A stretch of 64,000 nucleotides of DNA from Calditrichia bacterium (GTDB lineage: Bacteria; Calditrichota; Calditrichia; RBG-13-44-9; J075). The position numbers and the translations under genes are program-made. A model generated the notes under the pieces. It was given only the letters and a program-made list of their open reading frames with translations, was not told where the DNA came from and searched no databases. Of the stretch, positions 28,201 through 38,069 are shown piece by piece (the stretch's first letter is position 1; the number at the start of each line of letters is the position of its first letter). The stretch lies in the NCBI GenBank assembly GCA_050633245.1, contig JBOEGD010000012.1:8746-72745 (forward strand), read 5' to 3'.

Positions 28201-29793
28201 TTGGATAACAAAAAAGCAAAAATACCAGAGCTGCTGCAAGATAAAGGCGGGCTGAAAAGCGGCGTTTCCAGGGAAGTCTCCCGGGAAACCGGTGCTCCGG
28301 AGGCCATGATTTATGGCGTCGGCAGTTTTTTTCATCTTCTTTCAAACCCCGACACTAAGGTACGAGTGTGCACCGGCCTCTCCTGCCAACTTGCCGGCGC
28401 AAATAAGATTCTTGAGGCCGCCAAAGCCGCAGGTCTTCCGGTGGAAGGCTGTTCCTGCCTGGCCGCCTGTGATCAACCTCCGGTGGTTTTGCGCGATCGC
28501 GACGTGATAACGCAGATTCAGTTATCGGATATCGAACAGACGGGCGGCGATTGGAAACAGTTAAAGCCTGAAATTGCTTCTGGTGGCTACGCATGGTCCG
28601 GGGCCGTAGGTCCTGACCGGGACGATTCCGAAAAGCAGGTTTTCAACCTGCTCGGGCAACTCGACTGGTCCGGGGCAGCTCTTAAAAAAGCAAGTGCCAT
28701 GGATCCGGATGACGTAATTCAGCTAGTGGAAGACTCCGGGCTGCAGGGACGCGGGGGAGCGGGATTTCCGGCCCATATCAAATGGAGGGCGGTGCGGGAG
28801 CAACAAGAGCCGCAGCGCTATCTGGTATTGAACGCAGATGAAGGTGAACCCGGCACCTTTAAGGACGGCGAGATTATGATGCGCCGTCCGGATCTGATAA
28901 TCGAGGGGCTGGCAATAGCCGCTCGAACCGTAGGTGCAACAGACATTTATCTCTACCTGCGTGGCGAATTTACCTTTCCCAAAATAGCGATGGCGACAGC
29001 ATTGGAAAAATTCAGTGAGCAGGGGTTACTCGATGATCTGAATTTTCACTTTCACGATGGACAGGGAGCGTATATTTGCGGTGAGGAAACCGCGCTTCTG
29101 GAAGCCCTCGAAGGTAAACGGGGAATGCCCCGGTTGAAGCCCCCTTTTCCGGTAGAAAACGGACTGTGGGGCAAACCAACCCTGATTCACAATGTTGAAA
29201 CGATTGCCTGTGTGCCGCCGGTTATGCTGCACGGAGGAGAATGGTTTAAAGACCTTGGACGCACCGAGCCCGGGACGAAGCTGTATTGCATCAGCGGACA
29301 TGTGCAAAATCCCGGAACCTACGAATTACCACTTGGCGTAACGCTGGACGAGCTGGTTGCAGAAGCCGGTGGGTACGTCGGTACGCTAAAAGCCTTTTGT
29401 CCCGGTGGTGCCAGCTCCGGGTTTCTGCCGGCCACGATGAGCAACCTGCCACTCGATTTTAAAGGCTTGGCCAAGGTTGGTTCCATGCTCGGTTCCGCCG
29501 GAATTATTGTTCTCAACAATACGGTTAATATGAAGTGGGCGGCCGGACACCAACTGCGCTTTTTTGAAGACGAGAGTTGTGGCCAATGTGCCCCCTGCCG
29601 GATCGGCACCCGTTACCTGCGAGAGGCAATAGACGCCTCTATTGAAGGAACGGAAAGCCCCGACACACCGAACCTTGAAGTTGCAGACGAGGTAGCATGG
29701 CAAATGAATGAAGGTTCTATTTGCGGATTGGGGCAAATTGCCGCTCTACCGCTTACCACCGCCAGGAAATACTTCCCCGAGGATTTTATATGA
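28201..29793 (+). CDS. NAD(H)-binding formate dehydrogenase beta subunit: fused NuoE-like [2Fe-2S] plus NuoF-like FMN/[4Fe-4S] (FdsB/HoxF type)
   Basis: NuoE-type cysteines 'CTGLSC…GCSCLAAC'. NuoF motifs 'GRGGAGFP' (FMN) and 'ESCGQCAPCRIGT' ([4Fe-4S]). TTG start with AAAGGTG SD. Its stop overlaps the next start (ATGA at 29790-29793). Confidence 0.85.
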   Translation: MDNKKAKIPELLQDKGGLKSGVSREVSRETGAPEAMIYGVGSFFHLLSNPDTKVRVCTGLSCQLAGANKILEAAKAAGLPVEGCSCLAACDQPPVVLRDRDVITQIQLSDIEQTGGDWKQLKPEIASGGYAWSGAVGPDRDDSEKQVFNLLGQLDWSGAALKKASAMDPDDVIQLVEDSGLQGRGGAGFPAHIKWRAVREQQEPQRYLVLNADEGEPGTFKDGEIMMRRPDLIIEGLAIAARTVGATDIYLYLRGEFTFPKIAMATALEKFSEQGLLDDLNFHFHDGQGAYICGEETALLEALEGKRGMPRLKPPFPVENGLWGKPTLIHNVETIACVPPVMLHGGEWFKDLGRTEPGTKLYCISGHVQNPGTYELPLGVTLDELVAEAGGYVGTLKAFCPGGASSGFLPATMSNLPLDFKGLAKVGSMLGSAGIIVLNNTVNMKWAAGHQLRFFEDESCGQCAPCRIGTRYLREAIDASIEGTESPDTPNLEVADEVAWQMNEGSICGLGQIAALPLTTARKYFPEDFI

Positions 29794-32606
29794 AAAAAGA
29801 AAATATGCAGATGATCATAAACGGTAAAGCGATCTCCTTTACCGAAGGCGAAACTATCCTGAGTATCGCTGACCGAAATGGCTGGAAAATCCCCACACTT
29901 TGCCACGATCCGCGTCTGGACCCCGCAGGAGCCTGCCGCACCTGTCTGGTTGAAGTAGAGGGATCACGCCGACTGGTTCCCTCTTGCGCTCAAAAAGCAA
30001 CAGATGGCATGGTGGTAAGCACCGAAAGCCAACGTATAGACAGACATCGCAAGTCGCTGCTTGCTCTGTATATGACCGATCACCCGCACGATCGTGCACT
30101 TGCCGAAATAGGATCTCCAAATCAGCTGCTCGATATGGTTGAACAATTTCAGGCCCCCACCAGCTGGGGACAGATGGAATCGCAGCGCGATCACCGCGAT
30201 CACGATCATAATCCCTATATCCATTTTAATGCCGAAACCTGCATTGCCTGCGCCCGCTGTGTGCGCTATTGCGAGGAGATTGAAGCAGTCTCTGCCATTA
30301 CTTTGGCCAACCGGGGATCCAAAACAACCATCTCTACCGTTGATGATCTGTCGCTGCTGGAAACAACTTGCGAAAAGTGCGGCGGATGTATTGATGTCTG
30401 TCCCACCGGAGCAATGACGGAGAAACTACCGTTAACCCGGAGCGCAAAGCCGGAGCGCGAGCTACAAAAGGTCCGCTCCACCTGCAATTTTTGCGGCGTG
30501 GGCTGTCAACTCGATTTGAATGTTGACCCGACGGCAAACAATGGTAATGGGCAGATCGTTAAAGTGTCCAGTCCTCCTCCCGGCACCACTACAAACGACG
30601 GGAATCTCTGCGTAAAAGGACGTTTTGCTTACGACTTTATTCATCATAAAGACCGCCTTACCCAACCACTGATTCGCAGAGAAGATGGAGAATTGCACCC
30701 TGCCACCTGGGACGAGGCCCTACAAACGGCCGCAGACGGATTGCAACAGGTTGCAAAACGTCACGGCCCGGACGCGCTGGCGTTTGTCAGCTCTTCACGC
30801 TGCACGGTAGAAGAAAATTATCTGGTGCAAAAGCTGTCCCGGGGAGTCTTCCGCACCAACAATGTGCATCAATGCGCCGCCACATGACACGCTCCTACTG
30901 TGGCCGGTCTGGTCAACACGTTTGGAGCAGGTGCAATGACGAATTCAATTGGTGAGATTCGCGATGCAGATTTTCTTTTTGTTATCGGAAGCAATACCAG
31001 TGAAGCACATCCGATTATCGCGATGGAAATGAAGCAGGCGGTACGACGTGGTGCGACTCTTGTCGTAGCAGACCCTCGCGCAATCTGGATGACCTCCATC
31101 GCGGAGAAGCATATGCAGTTAAAACCGGGCACCGATGTCTGGCTGTTGAATGCCATGGCACACGTTATTGTTGACGAAGATCTGATCGATCATCAATTTA
31201 TCAATCAACAAACCGAAAACTTCGAGTCGGTGAAACAGGCGGTGGCAGCCTATACACCAGAGAAGGCGGAAGCCATTACCGGCGTATCAGCGGAGGATAT
31301 TCGCTGGACTGCCCGGCGTTATGCGACGACGGAAAAAGCGGGAATTTACTATACCCTGGGAATAACCGAGCACTCACACGGAACAGATAATGTGTATGCA
31401 CTGGCCAATCTGGTACTGATGACCGGTCATTTAGGGAAACCCTCTTCAGGTATGAACCCTCTTCGCGGACAAAACAATGTACAGGGGGCAAATGATGCCG
31501 GCGCCAGTCCTATTTTCTACCCGGGATATCAGCGCGTAGATGATCCTGAAGTTCATGCAAAATACGAAACATCCTGGGGCGTTCCTCTCTCCACCACACC
31601 AGGGCTTAATCTAAATGAGATGATGAAAGTAGCCGGGGAACGTATTAAGGCGTTCTTTATCATGGGCGAGGACATCGTTATTTCGGAGCCCAACGTGCTT
31701 CGCTTGGAAGCAGCACTCAATAATGTTGAATTTCTGATCCAGCAGGAACCCTTCTTAAATGAGACCTCTCGCTTCGCGGACGTCATTTTCCCCGCCTCAG
31801 TCTTCGCAGAAAAGGACGGTGTGTTCACAAATTCGGAACGACGGGTTCAGCGGGTACGCAAAGCAGTTAACCCACCGGGTGAGGCTCGTGTCGACTGGCA
31901 GATCCTCGCTCAACTGGCGAACAGCTGTGGTGCCGGGTGGAATTATCAAAGCCCGGCGGAAGTCTATGCCGAGATGGTGAAAGATGCTCCCAAGTTTGCC
32001 GGTATCAGTCATGAGCGCCTTGAAGAAACGCATCGGAACCCCGGCAAGAGCGGAATCCAGTGGCCCTGTCCAACTCCCGATCATCCCGGAACTGAATATC
32101 TTCACAGTAGCGGAGTGCTACGTGGTAAAGGTTTATTCCAAGCAGTTGAGTATTCTCCATCGGCAGAGCTGCCGGATGAAGAATATGGCCTGGTCCTGTC
32201 CACCGGAAGAACCCTATACCACTATAATGCTGCCACACAAACGCGACGGGAGTCTGGGCTGCATATGAAGCAATCGGAAGCCTTTATCGAAATCCATCCG
32301 CGCGATGCGAGAAAGCGCGGCGTGCAGCACAAGGACTTGGTGGAAGTGAAAACCCGTCGTGGCAGCGTAAACTTGCGGGCACTTTATTCGCGGCAGGTGC
32401 GCCCTGGCTGCATCTGGATGCCCATGCACTTTGCAGAGGCTCGGGCAAATGTCCTCACGAATGATGTAGGCGATAAGGTTACCGGAACCGCAGAGTATAA
32501 GGTCTGCGCAGCGGAGGTTAGACCTATTGAACGGGCTAAAGAAGGCGATACGCTTTTCCCAGGCGCCTATTTTCATGAAAACGGACCAGGCAATGGCAGA
32601 ACATAA
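29790..32606 (+). CDS. fdhA: Formate dehydrogenase alpha subunit (NuoG-like 2Fe-2S/4Fe-4S N-terminus plus Mo/W-bisPGD catalytic domain). One continuous gene with in-frame UGA at 30885-30887 read as selenocysteine; the ORF track shows it as two ORFs
   Basis: 29721..30887 and 30900..32606 are in the same frame and are separated only by TGA. The protein reads …NNVHQCAAT-U-HAPTVAGLVNTFG…, matching the conserved FDH active-site 'C.R.(U/C)HGPSVAGL'. Upstream are 2Fe-2S 'CRTCLVEV', 4Fe-4S 'CIACARCVRYC' and 'CEKCGGCIDVCP', and the MopB Fe4S4 motif 'CNFCGVGCQL'. Confidence 0.8.
30888..30928 (+). promoter_or_regulatory. Candidate bacterial SECIS element directing Sec insertion at UGA 30885
   Basis: Hand-folded hairpin GCUCC-UAC-UGUG-GCC-[GGUCU]-GGU-CAA-CACG-UUU-GGAGC. 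The apical loop GGUCU (30906-30910) lies about 20 nt after the UGA, as in E. coli fdhF (…UUGCAGGUCUGCACC…). Not computationally folded. Confidence 0.45.
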
Positions 32607-32857
32607 ACGGGCTCTTATCAATCGAAATTAAATTCCGGATTCTTCCGGGCTTCAAGTTAATGGGGTGACCATTCCGCACGATCTGTTCTATTTGCTTTTG
32701 TTGTCCCAAATTCTTACCATTTAATATACAATTTCCTATTCTTTCTCTGCACCACGATTTCTAACAGAATTTTCTACAGCCTACTAAAACTCGATTGTAA
32801 AGCGTACATCAAACAAGTTCGTAATTATTTTATAATAACCATCTCCTGGAGGTTACA

Positions 32858-33313
32858 ATGGTAAATTATACCCCGGAAACAAGAGGCAGCAAGAAAGAAC
32901 CAACCACAACAGACGTGTTGGCCAAGGACATCATGCTCAAGAGCTTTGTTCATTTGAAAGAGTCTCTGACAACCGCAGAAGCTGCGCAAACGCTGTTGGA
33001 TTACAAACTACCCGGTGCTCCGGTGGTTAATGAGCGGGAAGAGATTGTCGGGTTTCTTTCTGAGAAGGATTGCCTAAACCGAGTGATTAAATCGCGTTAT
33101 CTAAACACGCCATCTATTCCGATATCCGAATACATGTCCACCGAGCTGGTCACCGTTTCGCCAGACAGCAGTTTGTTTTTCGTCGTTGAACTCTTTACCA
33201 AACATCCATATCATTGCTATCCCGTGGTAGAGCACAATAAAGTTGTCGGTCTGATTTATCGTCATCATTGTTTAAAAGCAACGATGGAAACATATAGAAG
33301 GGGATTTGCGTAA
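32858..33313 (+). CDS. Tandem CBS-domain protein
   Basis: Two CBS-like segments (…AKDIMLKSFVHLKESLTTAEAAQTL… / …ISEYMSTELVTVSPDSSLFFVVELF…). Confidence 0.7.
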   Translation: MVNYTPETRGSKKEPTTTDVLAKDIMLKSFVHLKESLTTAEAAQTLLDYKLPGAPVVNEREEIVGFLSEKDCLNRVIKSRYLNTPSIPISEYMSTELVTVSPDSSLFFVVELFTKHPYHCYPVVEHNKVVGLIYRHHCLKATMETYRRGFA

Positions 33314-33359
33314 CAGGATAGCGGGAAAAATTCGACAGTATTTATAAAGGAACCTCAGC

Positions 33360-34829
33360 ATGAATTTTGTATTCTCGGGCTGCATAACAGCGCTTTTTAC
33401 ATTGACATCGCTCGCGTTCTCTCAAGGCAGCGGTAGGATAGACCTGAACAGCCTCGAGAATTATGCTAATCAGTCCCGACCATCTTATATCTTCAAAGAC
33501 AACACACCGGCAAACAACCCGATTACCGATGCAGGAGCCACCCTCGGGAGGGTTTTGTTCTACGATAAAAGGCTATCGGTAAACAATTCCGTATCATGTG
33601 CCGGCTGCCATCATCAACGGCATGCTTTTGGCGACCCCAATCAGGTCAGCACCGGTGTAAACGGTATAACAGGCCGCCATTCCATGCGGCTCATCAATAC
33701 GCGCTTCGCTAGAGAATGGCGCTTCTTCTGGGATGAGCGTGCCGCCTCACTGGAACAACAATCTACCATGCCGCTTCAGGATCACATTGAAATGGGATTT
33801 AGCGGAACAATGGGTGACCCGGAGCTCGACTCACTGTTAAACAAAATGTCGACACTGGATTATTATTCTGTCCTCTTTGACTTCGTATATGGAGACCCGG
33901 GAATATCCGAGGAACGTATACAACTGGCAATGGCCCAGTTTATTCGCAGCATAGAATCCTTCGACTCACGCTTCGACGAAGGGCTGACGCAAACCGGAAA
34001 CATGCGCGTTAATTTTCCAAACTTCACTGAATCCGAGAATGATGGCAAGTTGCTGTTTTTGAACTTTCCGTTTTTTAATAATGACGGAGAGCGTGTTGCA
34101 GGCGGTGCAGGCTGCGCCTTTTGTCACAATCCGCCGGAGTTCAACATAAGAGCGGGTTCCGGAAATAACGGCTTTACACGCAAAATCGGCGGCGGCAAAG
34201 ATTTCAGTATTACCCGTTCCCCTACACTGCGCGATATCGCAGCTGCAAACGGGGACTTACACGGTGGACTTATGCATACGGGAGACAGGAATACCTTACA
34301 AGAAACGATCGATCATTATGATGATATCCTTATCGAGACAGGCAATTTTCGAATCGACCCGGTGTTGGTAGTTGGAGGCCGCGGCTGGCGCCTCAGGCTA
34401 ACACCGGGTGAGCGAATTGCCTTGGAAGATTTCATAAAAACACTGACTGGCTCGAACGTTTACACCGATCTTAAATGGTCGGATCCATTTGATGCAAACG
34501 GCGATTTGGAAATTACTCCACCTTCAACCACAGGCACTGAGCCACAGGCCCCTGCCGATGCCCTTACCTTTGAGCTTGCGCAAAACTATCCAAACCCATT
34601 CAATCCGTCCACTACTATTTCCTATCGTATCGGCCAGTCCAGCCGGGTAAACCTTAGCGTTTATAATATTCTGGGAATGGAAATCACCACACTGGTGAAT
34701 AAATTTCAGGAAGCTGGGAGGTATGATATTCCGTTTAACGCAGAGAATTTACCGGCAGGTGTATATTTTTATCGCCTGACAGCAGACAGACAGCCGGTTG
34801 AAACCCGTAAAATGCTGCTAAGTAAGTAG
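33360..34829 (+). CDS. Di-haem cytochrome c peroxidase (CCP/MauG family) with T9SS C-terminal domain – paralog 1
   Basis: 'LFYDKRLSVNNSVSCAGCHH' is the CCP N-terminal haem site and 'GCAFCHNPPEF' the second CxxCH. C-terminus 'LAQNYPNPFNPSTTISYRI…GVYFYRLTA…RKMLLSK'. Signal peptide present. Confidence 0.85.
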   Translation: MNFVFSGCITALFTLTSLAFSQGSGRIDLNSLENYANQSRPSYIFKDNTPANNPITDAGATLGRVLFYDKRLSVNNSVSCAGCHHQRHAFGDPNQVSTGVNGITGRHSMRLINTRFAREWRFFWDERAASLEQQSTMPLQDHIEMGFSGTMGDPELDSLLNKMSTLDYYSVLFDFVYGDPGISEERIQLAMAQFIRSIESFDSRFDEGLTQTGNMRVNFPNFTESENDGKLLFLNFPFFNNDGERVAGGAGCAFCHNPPEFNIRAGSGNNGFTRKIGGGKDFSITRSPTLRDIAAANGDLHGGLMHTGDRNTLQETIDHYDDILIETGNFRIDPVLVVGGRGWRLRLTPGERIALEDFIKTLTGSNVYTDLKWSDPFDANGDLEITPPSTTGTEPQAPADALTFELAQNYPNPFNPSTTISYRIGQSSRVNLSVYNILGMEITTLVNKFQEAGRYDIPFNAENLPAGVYFYRLTADRQPVETRKMLLSK

Positions 34830-34946
34830 AGACCCGACTGGAAGGCACTGGCTCGCCGGCATGCACCCCTGTCAACGAGCTGGTAGCGTTACTGAAAAAG
34901 CAGTAGGTTATTATTGTAGGCATGACACGAAGAAAGGAATTTCAGA

Positions 34947-36419
34947 TTGAATTTTGCACGCTTGAAGTATATCCCGACAGCATTAGTAGTGCTTACATCG
35001 CTCGCCTTCTCTCAAGGCAGCGGTACCATCGACCTGAACAGTCTCGAGAATTACGCTGATCAGCCCCGCCCATCCTATATTTTAAAAGACAACACTCCGG
35101 CAACCAATCCGCTTACCGATGCCGGAGCAACCCTCGGCAGAGTATTATTTTATGATAAGAGGCTCTCGGTAAACAATTCCGTTAGCTGTGCCAGTTGCCA
35201 CCATCAACAATTTGCTTTTGGTGATCCTGACCAGGTGAGCACAGGCGTAAATGGCATTACCGCCCGCCATTCAATGCGACTCATCAATACACGTTTTGCC
35301 GAAGAAAAAAAATTCTTTTGGGATGAACGTGCCGCTTCGCTGGAAGAACAAACATCGATGCCGCTTCAGGATCATATCGAGATGGGATTTAGCGGAACGA
35401 TGGGTGATCCAGAGCTCGATTCGCTGCTAAATAAAATGTCTGCACTGGAATACTATTCGATTCTCTTCAAATTTGTATATGGAGACGCAGCCATATCCGA
35501 GGCACGCATACAGCTGGCAATGGCTCAGTTTATTCGCAGTATAGAGTCTTTTGACTCACGCTTCGATGCCGGACTGACACAAACTGGCGACATAGACGCG
35601 TATTTCCCGAACTTCACTAAGGCTCAGAACTCCGGAAAACAGCTGTTTCTGGGAACACCGGTATTTAATAATGATGGCGAGCGTATTGCGGGAGGCGCCG
35701 GATGTGCATTATGCCATACTCCTCCGGAGTTCGACATTAAACCAGGCTCCGGGAATAACGGCTTTACTCGTAAACTTGGCGGTGGAAATGATTTTAATAT
35801 TACCCGTGCTCCCACCCTGCGCGACGTTGTCAAATTCAACGGCGCTTCGAACGGTGGACTCATGCATACGGGTGGCATGTTCAGCATAATCCATGTGATC
35901 GACCATTATGATAAGATTGAGATCGTGGAGGGCAACGAACAAATCGACTCGGTACTGGTGAGAAGCGGCAGGGGTTGGAACCTCCTGCTCTCTACTCAAG
36001 AGGTTAGAGATCTGTTCAGATTTATTGCAACACTGGGCGGTACAAATGTTTATTTCAACCCCAAGTGGTCCAATCCATTCGACGCAAACGGCGATTTGGA
36101 AGTGATTCCACCAACCACCACAGGCATTGAGCCTCAGGCTCCTGCTGATGCACTGACTTTTGAGCTGATGCAGAACTATCCCAACCCATTCAATCCATCG
36201 ACGACGATCTCCTACCGAGTCAGTCAATCCAGCCGGGTAAACCTAACCGTCTATAACATTTTGGGAAAGGCAATTGCCACACCGGTAAATGGATTTCAGG
36301 AAGCGGGGCGCTACAGCATTTCGTTCAACGCGGCTGATTTAACAGCCGGAATTTATTTTTATCGTTTAACTGCGGACGGCCAGCAGGTCGCAACCCGAAA
36401 AATGCTGCTGAGTAAGTAA
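34947..36419 (+). CDS. Di-haem cytochrome c peroxidase (CCP/MauG family) with T9SS C-terminal domain – paralog 2 (tandem duplicate)
   Basis: Same architecture ('SCASCHHQQFAFGD', 'GCALCHTPPEF', '…NYPNPFNPSTTISYRV…RKMLLSK'). Judged by eye at about 75-80% identity to paralog 1 at both DNA and protein level. Confidence 0.85.
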   Translation: MNFARLKYIPTALVVLTSLAFSQGSGTIDLNSLENYADQPRPSYILKDNTPATNPLTDAGATLGRVLFYDKRLSVNNSVSCASCHHQQFAFGDPDQVSTGVNGITARHSMRLINTRFAEEKKFFWDERAASLEEQTSMPLQDHIEMGFSGTMGDPELDSLLNKMSALEYYSILFKFVYGDAAISEARIQLAMAQFIRSIESFDSRFDAGLTQTGDIDAYFPNFTKAQNSGKQLFLGTPVFNNDGERIAGGAGCALCHTPPEFDIKPGSGNNGFTRKLGGGNDFNITRAPTLRDVVKFNGASNGGLMHTGGMFSIIHVIDHYDKIEIVEGNEQIDSVLVRSGRGWNLLLSTQEVRDLFRFIATLGGTNVYFNPKWSNPFDANGDLEVIPPTTTGIEPQAPADALTFELMQNYPNPFNPSTTISYRVSQSSRVNLTVYNILGKAIATPVNGFQEAGRYSISFNAADLTAGIYFYRLTADGQQVATRKMLLSK

Positions 36420-36491
36420 AGAATGCTCCTTTAATTGCTCAACAGCATCTAAACCGAGTCGGTAAATCAACTTGTTTTTAGCGGAAGTGCA

Positions 36492-38069
36492 CTAGACACT
36501 TCCCAAGGCGATGTAAATACCAATGGTTACGGCAACTAGACCTATTCCAAACCCTCTCGCATACTTCCACTGCGTCATGTCTACCACGCCAACATCCTGT
36601 ATTTTAAATACTTCTTTGGGAGGATAAAAATATGATGCAATGTGCATTGCTACGACATTTAGCACAAACTCGATGCCCCAGATATGTACAAAATGCAGAT
36701 CAACTTTCAGAATAAAGTAAGTGGTTATATAAAAGGCAAACCCAAACAGTAAGCCAACCTTTGCGCCGGTAGCCGAAACTTTTGGGAAAAAGAATCCAGC
36801 CAGTATTACGGTAGCCATTGGAATAAAAAAGATGCCGTTAAGTTCTTGTAGCAGCTGATACAAGCCTTCCGGAGCATCAGCAACTAAGGGTGCAACAGCA
36901 ATAGAGACAACAGCAAGGATAAGAGACACCGTTTTCCCCATCCACACCTGCTGCTTTTCACTGGCATCCGTATTTAGATAGCGTTTGTAAACCCCGAGAC
37001 TAAAAATAGTTGCCGCACTGTTTAACCCACTGTTAAACGTACTCAAAACAGCCCCCATTACCACCGCGACAAAAAAACCTGTCATCCAGTAAGGCAATAC
37101 TTTGTTTACCAATAGCGGGTAAATAGTATCCTGCTCATTATACAGTGAATCTCCAAAGTGATAATAGGCGATAAGTCCGGGCAGGATAATAACAATGGGA
37201 ATAAGGATTTTCAAAATACCGGCATATAGTAAGCCTTTTTGCGCCTCAACTAAACTTTTTGCCCCGAGGACGCGCTGAATGATTGACTGATGCATGCACC
37301 AGAAATAGAGCTGATTCACAATCAATCCTGTAAATAGCACTTCAAAAGGTAGTATAGAATCTCGTGCTCCAATAACGTTAAACTTGGAAGGCTCATATTC
37401 AAACACCTTTACCAAACCAGAGGCAATGTTTCCATCTCCAATGCTCCAAAGGGCCAAAACAGGTATCAAAACTCCGGCTATCAGCAATCCATAACCATTA
37501 ACCGTGTCTGTATAGGCAACCATTTTTAATCCACCAAATATGGCATAAATCGATCCGACGACCCCAATAGCAATAACTGTAATCCACATTCCCGTTCCTT
37601 GAGACACTCCCAGCATTTCAGAAATATTGAAGATGCTTTCGATATTAATCGCACCGGTGTACAGCACAATTGGCAGAAGTGTCGTAACAAAGGAAATAAT
37701 TAACAATAAGGCGATCATTGTTCTGGTCATACCATCAAACCGATGTTCCAGGAACTCCGGTATTGTGGTTAGTCCCATCTTCAGATACCGAGGCACAAAA
37801 TACAGTGCCGCCGCCACCAACGCGACCGCCGATGTTACTTCCCACGCGATGATTATGGCACCAAAACGATAGGAAGACCCATTCATGCCGATTAAATGTT
37901 CGGTAGAGATATTGGTTAACAACATCGATCCGGCAATCACAACGCCGGTTAAACTTCGCCCCCCTAAGAAATATCCATCTTTGGAATCCAGATTGTCTTT
38001 TCTAAGACGATAGGCCGAATAAATTGCTACAAACGCAGTAAACCCCAGAAAGCTCAAAAATTGAATCAT
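36492..38069 (-). CDS. Sodium:solute symporter (SSF) family transporter
   Basis: About 13 TM helices; SSF-like segments (…GGRSLTGVVIAGSMLLTNISTEHLIGMNG…). Confidence 0.85.
   Translation of the reverse strand: MIQFLSFLGFTAFVAIYSAYRLRKDNLDSKDGYFLGGRSLTGVVIAGSMLLTNISTEHLIGMNGSSYRFGAIIIAWEVTSAVALVAAALYFVPRYLKMGLTTIPEFLEHRFDGMTRTMIALLLIISFVTTLLPIVLYTGAINIESIFNISEMLGVSQGTGMWITVIAIGVVGSIYAIFGGLKMVAYTDTVNGYGLLIAGVLIPVLALWSIGDGNIASGLVKVFEYEPSKFNVIGARDSILPFEVLFTGLIVNQLYFWCMHQSIIQRVLGAKSLVEAQKGLLYAGILKILIPIVIILPGLIAYYHFGDSLYNEQDTIYPLLVNKVLPYWMTGFFVAVVMGAVLSTFNSGLNSAATIFSLGVYKRYLNTDASEKQQVWMGKTVSLILAVVSIAVAPLVADAPEGLYQLLQELNGIFFIPMATVILAGFFFPKVSATGAKVGLLFGFAFYITTYFILKVDLHFVHIWGIEFVLNVVAMHIASYFYPPKEVFKIQDVGVVDMTQWKYARGFGIGLVAVTIGIYIALGSV

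Noticed and set aside
28306-28308. Internal ATG as the start of the FDH beta subunit
   Set aside because: It would leave only about 20 residues before the first NuoE-type cysteine, too short for the thioredoxin-like 2Fe-2S fold. The upstream TTG with AAAGGTG SD was kept.
30885-30887. In-frame TGA splitting the formate dehydrogenase alpha gene, as a possible pseudogene or assembly error
   Set aside because: The stop is exactly at the conserved catalytic Sec/Cys position. Both halves stay in the same frame with intact motifs, and a SECIS-like hairpin follows. Selenocysteine recoding is the better explanation.
35709-36227. 172-aa minus-strand ORF
   Set aside because: Antisense to the well-supported cytochrome c peroxidase paralog 2.
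36483-36503. Hairpin GGAAGTG-cactaga-CACTTCC overlapping the stop of the SSF transporter gene
   Set aside because: There is no U-tract in the minus-strand orientation. The T-run lies on the wrong side for either strand, so it is not a convincing terminator.
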